DNA of 64,000 nt. It comes from Rhina ancylostomus (lineage: Eukaryota). Shown here one piece after another: positions 51,770 to 64,000 of this stretch (positions are counted from its first letter, which is position 1; every line of letters begins with the position of its first letter). The position numbers and the translations under genes were made by a program. Below the pieces are notes generated by a model. The model saw only the letters and a program-made list of their open reading frames with translations. It was not told the origin of the DNA and ran no database searches. The stretch spans positions 31,503,466 through 31,567,465 of the forward strand of contig JARFYF010000074.1 in assembly GCA_030265395.1 (NCBI GenBank), given 5' to 3'.

Positions 51770-53370
51770 GAGCAACCAGAACTGCACGCAATACTCCAAA
51801 TGTTGCCTATCTAAGGTTTTATACAGTGGCAACGTGACTTCCTGACTTTAATATTCAATACCCTAATGAAGGCAAGTATGCCATACACTTTTTTTAAAAC
51901 AACCCTATCTGCTTGCGTTGCCATTTTCAGGGAGCTATAGACTTGTACCCCAAGATCCATCTGTACATCAATGCTCCTAAAGGTTCTGCCTTTACTATAT
52001 ACTTTCTCCTTACATTTGACCTCCCAAAGTGCAACACTTTACACTTGTCTGGATTAAACTCCATCTGCCATTTCTCTGCCCATATTTCCAACAGGTCTAT
52101 ATCCTGCTGAATCTTTTGACAAACCTCCTTACTATCCACAACTCTGCCAATTTTGGCATCACCTGCAAACTTACTAATCAGCTCACCTACATTTCCATCC
52201 AAATCATTTGTATATAACCACAAACAACAGAGGGCCTTGGCACTGAATCTGGTGGAACATTACTGGTCACAGACCTCCAGTCCAGATGAAGGGTCTCAAC
52301 CTGAAACGTATAGTTTCACCGTTCCTCAACCTGAAATGCCTATAATTTCCTGGTTTGTTCCTATTGAACAGAGGAACAACACTAACTATTCTCCAGTCCT
52401 CTGGGATCATGCCTAAAGAGAATACAAAGATCTCTGTCAAGGCCACAGCAATCTCCTCTCTTCCCTCTCTCACCTGGGATAGATTCCATTAGGCCCTGGG
52501 GACTTATCCACCTTAATGTTCTTCAAGAGACCCAACAGCTTCTCCTTCTTGATATCACTACATCCTAGAATAGCATCATATCCCTCCCTGATCTCACTAT
52601 CCTCCATGTCCTTCTCCCTGGTGAAAACTGATGCAAAGTACTTGCTTAGTACCTCACCCATTTCCTCTGGCTCCAGGCATAAATCCCCTCCTCTGTCCTC
52701 AAGTGGTCCTACCCTCTTGTTTTAATGAAGTATAAACTACTTTGAGATTATCTTTAATCCTACTTGCCAAAGACATTTCATGGCCTCTTTTAGCCTTCCT
52801 GATTGCTTATTTAGCTTCTTTCCTGCTTCCATTATATTCATAGAAAAACTAGGGCACAATTCAGGCCCTTCGGCCTACAAAGCTGTGCCGACAGCTTGTT
52901 CCTCAAGNNNNNNNNNNNNNNNNNNNNNNNNNNNNNNNNNNNNNNNNNNNNNNNNNNNNNNNNNNNNNNNNNNNNNNNNNNNNNNNNNNNNNNNNNNNNN
53001 NNNNNNNTTTTCGCCTTCCTGATTGCTTATTTAGCTTCTTTCCTGCTTCCAGTATATTCATAGAAAAACTAGGGCACAATTGAGGCCCTTCGGACTACAA
53101 AGCTGTGCCGACAGCTTGTTCCTCAAGGACCTTTTTCCATTTCAGTTTCCTAAAGGTTACATATGCTTTCTTTTACTTTTTGACTAAATTTACAACATCT
53201 TTTGTCATCCAGGGTTCCCAAACCTTGCCAATCCTGTCTTTCTTCCTCACGGGAACATGTTGGTCCTGAATTCCAACCAACTGGCCTTGAAACAACTCCC
53301 GTGTCGGATGTGGACTTGCCCAATGACAATCTCAATCTACTCTCCCCAGCTCCTGCCTAATACCGTCGTT
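51770..53370 (-). mobile_element. CR1/HER1-like LINE fragments (linker and RT)
   Basis: MGEVLSKYFASVFT..KVDKSPGPNGIYPR, PEDWRIVSVVPLF and ISKFAGDAKIG..WAEKWQMEFNPDKC. Confidence 0.85.
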
Positions 53371-56129
53371 AAAAAATAAACCTCCAGTTTTGTTAAAGAA
53401 CATGGAGTTGAATTGAAATCATGTTATTTCAGACAAGAATTAGTCTCCCGTAGATTTGTACTCCTGGCTGGCCAGGTTCAATTTAAATATTGTAAAATAT
53501 TCAATGCTAAATACTGTAAAATATTCAATACTAAATACAACTTAGTAATTTTATTTCTTTGACCAACTGTTTTGCTTTACTTTCTCCCCCAATTTGTCTG
53601 TTGGGAAAGAAGACAAATGCTCCATGTGAAGACTGTACATTTTCCTGATAACTGGAATTGCCATGGTAATAATCAGACTTTACGCAAGTTCAAAATGAAT
53701 AGATCTATTTGTTGCAGATATGGTTGAGATATAGGACTGAAGACGATATTAACAGCATATTAAACAAAGCAATTATATTCCTGACCATCAGCTCGATGAA
53801 CACTGAGCCTTAAAAAAAGTGAGCAGTAAAATGCAAACATGTTCAGTTTGAATCTACAATTGATTGACAAGGGATTTTCACCATTTCTTGATGTCTCTGG
53901 TTCAACAAAGTTTATTGAGAAGTTCAGATGACATTTAAGAAATAAGAATCAGAGGCAAGGGTAATGGTCGAAGAAACAGTTGATTTGGGATTTTTCAAGA
54001 AACAAGGCATTTAATGAAAATAGCAAAAAGAATCACAATTCTCAGATGCTTCCTTAAAATATTAAAACACATAACTCAATAGTGCAGCAACCCTGTTACG
54101 AGAACAGATATTACAACTGGTATAACTGAAATCAGAAGTAGCAAAAGAATACATTAATCCTAATTAGTTGACTGAGTTGAGGAATTAGTTGATTATTATT
54201 TGTACTTGGAATCATAATTTTTTAAATGGAACAAGGATTATTGACCTAAAATCCTGTTTTGCAACAGACTCCATCATAATTAGTTAATTGGTTTTGATAT
54301 CCCTTAACAACACACTTGTGATCTGCAAAATGCTAAAGAGTGCATATGACATCAGGTTCACAAACAGCTTTGTGCCAGTAAGCCTTACCTTGAGTAATAT
54401 GAAAATGTATGATTCTAGGTTCTGCAATTATTTCACTGTAACTGCTTGTTGCATTGTGTCACAGGATAGTCAGATGCATTTACTTACATTTCCTTCAAGA
54501 TAAAAAGATTTTCAGGTGAGGTGCATCCTACAAGTGCCTTGATCTGTTTCATTGACAATTTTGGTAAGTCTAAATGTCTCCGCTCATTAATTCACGTAAA
54601 TGACATCTACCTTACTCTATGGAACATGTCCTATACAGTATAATAAGGATGAGATTACATTAAGAGCTGCTATATTCACAATAAATAATTCAAGATACAT
54701 TTCCTATTAAACTAATAAAGATCTTATTCTTGAGAGGTGTAATGAAAAATTGCGCTGCACTAGTGCTACACAAATTTCTACTCAGGTGAAAGTCTTTTAG
54801 GGGAAGAGGAGGATGATTATTAAGAACTAATATTATTATCAATCTGCAGTAACACCAAGGTAACATCGCTAATGATTGTGCTGTAATTATTACAGCACAG
54901 TTATAAAAAGTCAATATTTTATTTTGTATTTGCTATTGCACTGAATGTTTGTACTCAGCTGCTATGGTGTAATAAGTCCATCCACTTAAAGGAATAACGT
55001 GTCAAAACTCCTCAAATTATTTCTTTTGGAAAATTATTAGATCCTTGACCATGACATTAACCATATTTGGCTAATGGTATAAGACTAGATCTATTTAATT
55101 TCTTATTATTCAATTTATTTCTAAACATTGGGAAAGAAATCATCCAATTTTCTACTTTTTTTGACCAACAATTGAATAATGCCTAAAGTGATACTTTTAC
55201 TCACTGCAATAGCAGCTTCAGGATTTGTAAGCTGGTGACAGAGGTGTTATTAAGATATGCCTATTTTGGTTATACCTTGGCTCATGTTACCAATCTCCAT
55301 CTAATTGTAGTTGAAAATTTGCTGTGATCTTAAATTTTCAAATGTCACTCCGTTATTGACAGAAAGAGTGAGGGAGGAATCCACATAATTGCAGATCGGT
55401 CAGCTTAATGTCAACTGTCAGGTTGTTATGGGAATCTACCATCAGAGACAGAGGTCCAGATGCTAACAGAAAGGAAGAGAGAGAATGTGGAGAGGTCAGA
55501 GATGGACCTTAGGGTCAGTACCCAACTGTCAGTGTTCAATCTGACAGTTTGTCCTGGTTAAATAAGTTAAGCTGAGCAATCATAAGTTTAAGGCCAGATC
55601 TGGGTTAGATGTTAGGGAATGCTTTTTCTCCCTATTTAAGTAGCAGACCAGTGAGCAACTGCTGGCTAGGCTAGGTTGGAAAGCACCTCCTAAAAATATA
55701 GGCATTTTCAGAACCAGAATGGTTTCCATTACTCATTTCAATCCTCCAAGGTGGTGTGGCAAAGGTTAGGGTTCTCCGGGAAGTCTTCCACTACCTGCTG
55801 TTATGGCTCCTGTGTATTGGAAATAAGAAAGGTGAAAAAGTGTGGTCATGTTGAGGAGAAGGGATGATTTTAGGTCTATGTTTGAATCATCTGAATACCA
55901 AAAGGAAGAAAAAATAATTGTGGACAGTGGGTGACATGGAAGGTAATAATAAGGATTGCCTGACTCTGTTTATCCTCCCCAAACATCTCCAATCCACCTA
56001 TGGGAGGCGAGCCCATGGTTATGAACATACACTCCTCCAATTATAAGGGCCTGTGGGCACGTTAGAGGCCACCTTCCAAACCAATATCCCAGCTTTCTAT
56101 GCTTTAAGAGAGAGAAAAGAGTGCTATGC

Positions 56130-56350
56130 AAGTATGTTCTGATGTAAATGCATTGAGAAATATGGGCCCACTCGTTAATAGACACAATTGCCCAATGAAA
56201 ACAGAAGGAATACTGTACCCACCGGCCAGCCTACCCCATCAAGCACCTCCTGTCAAATACTTTGCAGGTCCCACATTGGCTTTATCACCCACTTCAGAAC
56301 CCACAGAAATGAAGTGGAAGCAACTCATCTTGACCCTGAGGAAGAATATA
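56130..56350 (+). mobile_element. RTE LINE 3' end
   Basis: TSCQILCRSHIGFITHFRTHR..VEA.HLDPE. Confidence 0.65.
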
Positions 56351-57116
56351 AGGTAATGGTAAGGAAATATGAAACTGGCTTGATTGAATAACTAGCTAAA
56401 AGACATGAGATATTTGTGTAAGTGCTAATAGTAATAGTTAGTAAAGGCATTGTTTTCTCCGATTATCATCCCCTATTGCTGTCTCATTTCTGCTCTTGAT
56501 GATTTACTAGGTCTCAAACATGTAGAACCTACCCACTGATGTTCACACCTTGCACAATTTTCTAATTCTATATTAGTGCCAAATCTCATGCATGCACTTC
56601 AATGCCAGATATTGACTTCAAGTGTGGTTGGTGAGAATGTTCACCTCCCCTCTGAGCAGTGCAAGAATGACATTAGTTACTGCTGGTTAGTTTTATGAGG
56701 TGCAAAGATTCCCTAAAATTGTATACTATTGTGGCATGCTTTTTATAGGCTAATGAATTTCTAGACCAAATTCTAAGATGTATTTACTGGTCACAGAACT
56801 GTAGACATTTACAGAAGGTGGCAATTTAATCTGTTATATCTTCACAAGATTGTTTGCTAAATTAATTGCCCAGGTCTTTTCCTCTATCTCTTTATTTCTA
56901 TCTCAACTAGATTTCAACATTCTCAGATTTGATAGCCCTATGCTCAAGATCAAAACCTCTGAGGATGTGTCCTCCAACAATTGTATATGTTTAATAACAC
57001 AACTGCAAGTCAATTTTTATTTCAGCAGCAGTTCCATGCCTGTAAATGTCCCTTCACAAGTTAAAGTACATGACACACAAGGAGGCTGCGAGAAAGGAAA
57101 TCCTTCACACTGATGA

Positions 57117-58415
57117 AAAACACGATGATGCTGGAGGAACTCAGGACAGGCAGTATCCGTGGAGAAAAGCAGGTGGTCAATGTTTCGGGTCAGGACCCTT
57201 CTTCAGGACTGAAGATAGGAAAAGGGGAAGCCCAATACATAGGAGGGANNNNNNNNNNNNNNNNNNNNNNNNNNNNNNNNNNNNNNNNNNNNNNNNNNNN
57301 NNNNNNNNNNNNNNNNNNNNNNNNNNNNNNNNNNNNNNNNNNNNNNNNNNNNNNNNNNNNNNNNNNNNNNNNNNNNNNNNNNNNNNNNNNNNNNNNNNNN
57401 NNNNNNNNNNNNNNNNNNNNNNNNNNNNNNNNNNNNNNNNNNNNNNNNNNNNNNNNNNNNNNNNNNNNNNNNNNNNNNNNNNNNNNNNNNNNNNNNNNNN
57501 NNNNNNNNNNNNNNNNNNNNNNNNNNNNNNNNNNNNNNNNNNNNNNNNNNNNNNNNNNNNNNNNNNNNNNNNNNNNNNNNNNNNNNNNNNNNNNNNNNNN
57601 NNNNNNNNNNNNNNNNNNNNNNNNNNNNNNNNNNNNNNNNNNNNNNNNNNNNNNNNNNNNNNNNNNNNNNNNNNNNNNNNNNNNNNNNNNNNNNNNNNNN
57701 NNNNNNNNNNNNNNNNNNNNNNNNNNNNNNNNNNNNNNNNNNNNNNNNNNNNNNNNNNNNNNNNNNNNNNNNNNNNNNNNNNNNNNNNNNNNNNNNNNNN
57801 NNNNNNNNNNNNNNNNNNNNNNNNNNNNNNNNNNNNNNNNNNNNNNNNNNNNNNNNNNNNNNNNNNNNNNNNNNNNNNNNNNNNNNNNNNNNNNNNNNNN
57901 NNNNNNNNNNNNNNNNNNNNNNNNNNNNNNNNNNNNNNNNNNNNNNNNNNNNNNNNNNNGGAGGCGAAGATATGCTTAGTGGTTGGGACCCGTTGGAGAT
58001 GGCGGAAGTGGGAGAGAATGATGTGTTGGATAGGTAGGCTGATGAGATGAAATGCAAGGACAAGAGGGACCCTACTCCAGCCAGGTCTGGTCGGGGTGGG
58101 GGTGAAAGCAGAGGTGCGGGAAATGGCAGAGATATGCATGCGAGCTCTGTCAACCACAATCGGGAAGAAGCCTCGGTTAGAAAAGAAGTTGGACATCTTG
58201 AATGTCCTTTAGTGGAAAGCCTTATCATGGGAGCAGATGTGGTGGAGGCGGAGAAATTGAGAAAAAGGAATAGCATCCTTGCAAGAGACAGGGTGGGAAG
58301 AACTGTAATCGAGGTAGCTGTGCACTTCAGTGGGGTTGTAGAAGATGTCAGTGGATAAGGAATCTCCTGAGATGGAGACAGAAAGATCGAGGAAGAAGAG
58401 AGAGGTGTCAGAGTA
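57117..58415 (-). mobile_element. Penelope-like retroelement, 5'-truncated, with TSD
   Basis: Minus-strand STDIFYNPT..HSYLDYSSSHPVSCKDAIPFSQFLRL and FFSNRGF..VVDRA...RVPLVLAFH; terminal repeat with hammerhead motif; flanked by CCTTCA[C/T]ACTGATGA at 57102-57116 and 58416-58430. Confidence 0.85.
57174..57211 (-). ncRNA. Minimal type-I hammerhead ribozyme motif (Penelope terminal repeat)
   Basis: Minus strand reads CAGTC-CTGAAGA-A-GGGTC CT GACCC-GAAA-CATT-GAC, giving the CUGANGA and GAAA boxes, stem II, and stem I GTC/GAC. Confidence 0.6.
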
Positions 58416-58639
58416 CCTTCATACTGATGATACAAGTAAACAGATTTAGTCACTGATCCAGGTAGCAAGATTTGTGTTTTCTATGCCGTTAGTAATAATC
58501 CTTCACAGTGCCATAGAAGACTACATGAGTACTAAACAGAAAAAAAAGCATGCAATAGACAGAGCTGTGCAATTTCACAAACAATGGATCAGATTGCAGC
58601 TCTGCATCCTGTCACATCTGGTTATGAATGGTCGAGAAC

Positions 58640-60010
58640 AATTAAACAGAGAATGGTAGGACAAGGCTTTGAGAACAACCCCATTCTAAATAATGTATGG
58701 CCCAGCATGAGCATGCTAAAGACAAGGCTGAAACCTTCATAACCATGTTAAACCAAAAGTGCCAAGTGGATGACCCACCTTAGCTACCTCCTTAGATCCT
58801 TAACATCACAGAAGACAGTCTTCAGTCAATTCAATTCCAATATCAAGAAACAGCTGAGAACACTGGATGGAATCAGACTATCCTGACTTAGCACTGAAGC
58901 ACCTCTGGTCAAATCATTCAATACTGTAGTTAGTTCAATACAATAGAACACTGCACCTACTCAGTGATGTGGAAAATTGCCCAAGTATATCCCATTCACA
59001 AAAATTAGGACAAATCCAAACGGGCTTGTTACCACTCAATCAAACTACTCTCAATAATCGGGAGAATGATTATCAGTAGGACCAAACAACTGAATTCCAG
59101 AAGGGAGGCAAAAGTGACTGCTATTGATGTCATGGTCACATTTGAGCAAGTGTAGCAACAAAGGGTATTGATGATCTTCATCAATGATCTTTATTCCATC
59201 ATAAGGTCAGATGTGAGATGTTCACTGATGATTACACAACATTCAATTCTCTTCACAACCCTTCAGCCAATGAAACAGTCTATGTCAAGGTCTTACTGCA
59301 TGCAGATAAGGTTCAGGCCTGCACTTATAAGTGGCAAGTAACCTCTGTGCTACAAATGTGCTAGTAAATGACCATTTCCAACAATAAAGAGTCTATCCAC
59401 CTAACCTTGACATTCAATAGCATAACTATCACTGAATCTCCTGGGTGTCACCATTGACCAGAAACTGCACCAGCTGCAAAAATATTGTGGCTTGAAGATC
59501 AGCTGCTGGGTATCCACTGGTAAGTGACTCACCTCCTGACAGCTGAAAGCCCTTCCTCAATCTGTAAGGCACACTTATCTGTAGGAATGCAGCTCCAACA
59601 ACACTGAACAAGCTTGACACAATTCAGAACAAAGCAGTCTGGGTTGGCAACTTATTCTCCATCCTGAACATTCATTTCCTCCATCACCAGTGAACACTGG
59701 CCACAGTATGCATCATCTCTAAAGTATACTTATTTAAGCTGCTTTGACAATATCTCACAACTCTGTGACTTCTAACACCAAAAATGAGAAGTACATCAGG
59801 TGCAGGAAAAATTTCTCACTTCCATGTCCCTCCACAAGTTGCATACTGTCCTGACTGAAGATTTCTGGAAATCTCTACTCAATAGCACTTGAGAACTTCT
59901 CCACCAGAAGGACAGCAGCAGTTTAAGGAAGCAGCTCATGGCCACATCCTCATTGGCAACTAGTGATGAACAATAAAAGTTGGCCTTACAAGTAATACCA
60001 AATCTTGAAA
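58640..60010 (+). mobile_element. Old CR1/L2-group non-LTR element, heavily degraded
   Basis: Encodes MWKIAQVYPIHK and FINDL.SII...MFTDD. Related fragments lie at about 7630-8060, 24575-24830, 26105-26360, 27330-27900 and 41750-42300. Confidence 0.65.
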
Positions 60011-63000
60011 AATGAATAATAGAAACACTTGAGAATAAAATGATATGGTACCTGTAAGAACAACTAATCTCACAAGGCAAAAACTCAAAGGTGTCAAATA
60101 CATGAACAATATTGCAAGACCGAGTCAGATTAATTATAGTATGTCATGCAATATGTGATAACTTCACTGTGAGGTCAAAGATTATTTCCTGAAATGACCT
60201 TATTTGCACTTGGATAGACCCTTAAAAGTAAAATGATGAATAGTGATCACCTCCCCTATCTCTTGCAGAGCATTGCTGATGGTTACTTATATCTGCAGGT
60301 GCCTTGGTAAAACTATGAACTATAGAACTGGTTGTTAATTTTAGTTTCAACTTTGCTGGTGAACTATTTTAATATATTTCGCTTTCAGCTGATCAAGTCT
60401 GTGGTGCATTATTCACTATGTCACTTTCAGATTCAGACTTTCATCACCTTGGTTGCTTCACCCTTCATCTTTGATTTTGAAAGAAAAACTTGTATATTTT
60501 ACCAAGTTCTTCTGCTGGTGTGTTGAATTTTCAGAATGTTCCCCTTTGTTAAACATGCTGACACCATCTCTGGACTAGTGGATGATATTTGGGGAGGAAA
60601 TAGATATTGCTTGATAGATGGTGCGAGGTTCACAATGTGAAAGTAGCCACACCTATTTTTAGCTGGTGGAGATCATGAGAGAATTTTGTGTTCTGACTTC
60701 ACTATGGTGATTGAAATGATTAGCCATAGTTAGTTTTGCTATTGTTGGCCTTTGCGCTAGATTTTTGGAATAATTAGCTTCCATTGAGGCTGAGCAGCAA
60801 TGACTGAACCCAGGCCCACATCTTTCAAATAAGAAATTTAATGGTACTGGGAGCAATTCCACAGATCTGAACATTCGAAAAAGTGTTGGCTAACCAAAGA
60901 GAGTGAGCCTTATGCCCCTGTTAAAAAGAAGCAACCATAGTCAGAAAGCATAAAGTGTAAGATGTAATAGTCATTCATACAAACAAGAACCACCCTTCAA
61001 ACGGTTTTCAAATGTAACCCTTATAAGCAGTGATCAGTATTGACATTATTAGGATAGCTACATGAATAAGCATCACTGTGAAGTCAGAAGGCTACTTAAG
61101 AGATATGATTTGGAAACTGTAATGACCATGAAACATTCTTGTATGCATTAGCCACTACAATTTCTGTCAACAGGGAGCTGTAAATGACATTGATATACCA
61201 TTTCCAACAGCACTGAAACACTTTACACTAACACCATACTCACATCACATACACTTCAAGCTACTCAGACATAGTTGGCACACAACCCATAATCACAGAA
61301 ACATGTAGCCTCACACTCATCAACAGTTTCTTGCCTCTTGCTGAAGAAAGTGCCACACAACAACAAGCAACAACAGCCAACCAGCAAGACACATGAACCT
61401 ACATCCCCAGGGTAAAAAGTCTTCACAATCGATGGAGCTACCATGGCAGAAGCTGTAGCCACAGGAGACTCAGAGCCCACAGAAGCTGAATGATATGCTA
61501 ATGACCAACTTCACTGTCAAAAGTCCATTTCCACATTATTTCAACATGGCTCTTGATTAAAGACCTGCAGATGGAAGTTACTTGTTCCCTCCCCACAAAA
61601 TACCCCTAACCTTGAACTGTTTTCCTTTCATATAGATGTAGGATGACGCAAACCACTAACAATTTTGAGACTCTCTCTCAGCTGTACTGAAGGGGACTTC
61701 CACATCAATCTAACTAGTGGAACCACTCCTTCGAGACACTATTGCTCATGTTCAAATATGTTACATATCCTGATGTGGTTCTCATTTTACAGCCACACAG
61801 GATTGGTTCTAAGATGAAGCACCAGTGTCTTTAGTCACTATGCGAGATGTCTAGGAGCACGTAGATTCCAGGTATACACGTAGCCGAGGCTTTGTGCAGA
61901 TCTTGCAGTCCATTCCTTCCAGCATGAAAATGGTGACACATCAACACTTGCAGATCCAACCTTGGTGGAGCAACTGATCACAGATGTTACAACCTTCACT
62001 GCAGTCCATAAGCAGCCCAACTGATGAGTGATGTAGTGGAAGCTCTGATGTCTGTTAAAGCTCAGCTTGCTACCAGCCAAGCTCTGACAGCTGACATTAT
62101 GCCTCTGGATACCACTAGTGTGCCAGAGGCTACAAAGCTATAGGAGCTCTCCAGCAATCTGTCCTCCATCAGATTGCGAGGCCCATCTCAGGGCATGTCA
62201 GTAGCTCTCTGCTCTCTCAGGATGATAGCATTTGTATTTTCAACAGAACCATGATGACATAACTCTTGGGAGCTACCTGTAAGTTAGCTACTCCAAACTG
62301 CTGCTACATATGGTAAGATGCTAGTGTGAAGCTAGGACATCAAGGCATAGAGTTGCTCACAGTTACCCTCCAAAAACCAACCAGCAGCAACTCCCCTCCC
62401 CTTCCAGGAAAGCAGACAAAAGCACAAGAAAAGAATGCACAAAGGCAATTAGTCAACAAATTAATAATGTTGTTCTTGATTGGTTGGGTAAAGATGCACC
62501 CCTTATTGTATGCTTGGTTCTGGACTTAAGAATTTGTGCAGATGATACTGAAATGATAAGTAATAGTGGGTCAGTAACTCCATGGGAAATAGGTTTCATT
62601 TTATTATAATTTGCAATTGCTAAACATTATTTGCAGATCTGCACTTGAGTGCAGTGAGGAGGCACCTGACTGAACNNNNNNNNNNNNNNNNNNNNNNNNN
62701 NNNNNNNNNNNNNNNNNNNNNNNNNNNNNNNNNNNNNNNNNNNNNNNNNNNNNNNNNNNNNNNNNNNNNNNNNNNGAGGAGGCACCTGACTGAACTACAG
62801 AATTGTTTGTGGTAAGACAGCTACAGTGTTGCTGCATTATGGGCAGCTGCAACAAAGTGAATGAGCAAGCAATACACTCAAAGACAAATACTAATACAAA
62901 GCCCAAAGATAACAGCTGTGAAAATATTAATGAGTAATGTTCCAGCTTTGATTGTGCTTTGCATAACTTAGTTAAATAATGTTAAAAATATTAGCATTCT

Positions 63001-64000
63001 TTTGTGAAACAAGTTTGTGGAGTTCATATTATGCAGTTTTAGTTTATTCTATTTTATACATTTGGAAGAATTTGTACAGAAACACATTGCTTTCATATTT
63101 GTTTAACAAAGAGGCTTTGTGTCAATATGAATGTAGCTTGGAAGATTCCTGGTGTTTTTCTGACATGTATGGTAATCATGTGATATTGTCTGTCACGTGG
63201 GTAACAGGATGAATAAAATCCAATAAATGCCCATGATAGTGTAATGTAAAATTTTTAAAAGCAGGCTGTAAAAAGTAACTATTCAAAAGTTGGTGACCAA
63301 GGCTTTTAATGAGTGAAATGCAGTAAACTTTCAAACTTCAACCTTTTGCTGATATTGCACTAAAAAACAATTGGATAGCAGTCTGATATCCTGGAACTGG
63401 ACACATGGAGGAAACCATGCAATTCTTCTAATTGAGGGACACTAAATTAATAAGATAGCAGGGTCTACAGTCACAGAGTTTTCTCTGCAGAAGATGTGTG
63501 TACCTTTCACTGGCATGTGCTGAGAGAAATTGAACATACTGAACGAATGTAAGACACTGAGACATTTATTGGCAATGAATCTATATCGTTGCTGGGTTTG
63601 TTCGTCAGCTGACGAGTAAAACAGCAGCTCCATAACTTTCAGCTGGGACATTACCATAATTTTGTGAACAAAACTGTTATATGCCAAAATACCCCGTATT
63701 TAAATTCTGATACAAACTTTTGACATACGAAAATTTAGTTCACATCGGCTGGTCTTCAAATGGATTACTAATGCACATCCTCTGCCAAAACCATGGAATA
63801 TTCCAGACCATCAAGAAAACCCCAAGCAAATATATTCTACAACAAACCACTTCCTTAAATTGGTTCAAAAACTGCAAGAATCTTGTAATTTCTTGTCACT
63901 AGGTTTGAACCATCTATTTAGCTGCCTCTGCTTTTTTTCCTTCCCTATTCCTACAAACCAAACCTCCCAGAGGAACATCCCCCACCTCCACTCTGTATCC

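Noticed and set aside
52793-53127. ~115-bp near-identical direct repeat
   Set aside because: It sits on both sides of a 100-N gap, so it is most likely an unmerged contig overlap.
53486-53540. Short tandem duplications (24-bp unit here; 15-bp unit near 26458; (CT)n and (GAT)n tracts)
   Set aside because: Ordinary slippage repeats.
57046-58468. Long ORFs (288-421 aa), plus other X-rich ORFs at 271-583, 13733-14001, 25000-25395 and 40641-41187
   Set aside because: Their length comes from N gaps that contain no stop codons; the called parts are transposon or non-coding sequence.
61200-62330. Possible exon of a neighbouring gene, or a Harbinger-type relic
   Set aside because: No sustained ORF, recognisable motif or termini; cannot be supported by eye.
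62656-62795. 20-bp direct repeat GAGGAGGCACCTGACTGAAC
   Set aside because: It flanks a gap exactly; probably an assembly artefact or a collapsed tandem repeat.
1-64000. CRISPR arrays, operons, rRNA or tRNA genes
   Set aside because: This is vertebrate DNA with no repeat-spacer arrays; the tRNA-like boxes belong to SINEs.

Overview
This is eukaryotic, gap-containing draft genomic DNA from a vertebrate. The repeat content (HER1/CR1-like LINEs, V-SINEs, a Deu-SINE, Penelope-like, RTE and Rex1/Babar elements) points to a cartilaginous fish; that assignment is an inference. One protein-coding gene is supported: DDIT4L/REDD2 (RTP801 family) on the + strand, spliced as join(34463..34685,36118..36605), 236 aa. 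It has a CpG-rich promoter with CCAAT boxes, an E-box/HRE and a C/EBP-ATF element, and a likely polyA signal at 37355. Nearly all other track ORFs are decayed transposon fragments or artefacts of N gaps. The most notable non-genic signals are minimal type-I hammerhead ribozyme motifs in Penelope-like termini, three Penelope insertions with 14-15 bp target-site duplications, a twin-priming-style inverted RTE, two LTR-like elements and a pogo/Tigger-like MITE. I see no convincing wholly new biological system. Repeat boundaries are approximate and were read by eye; family names come from recalled consensus motifs, not from a database search.
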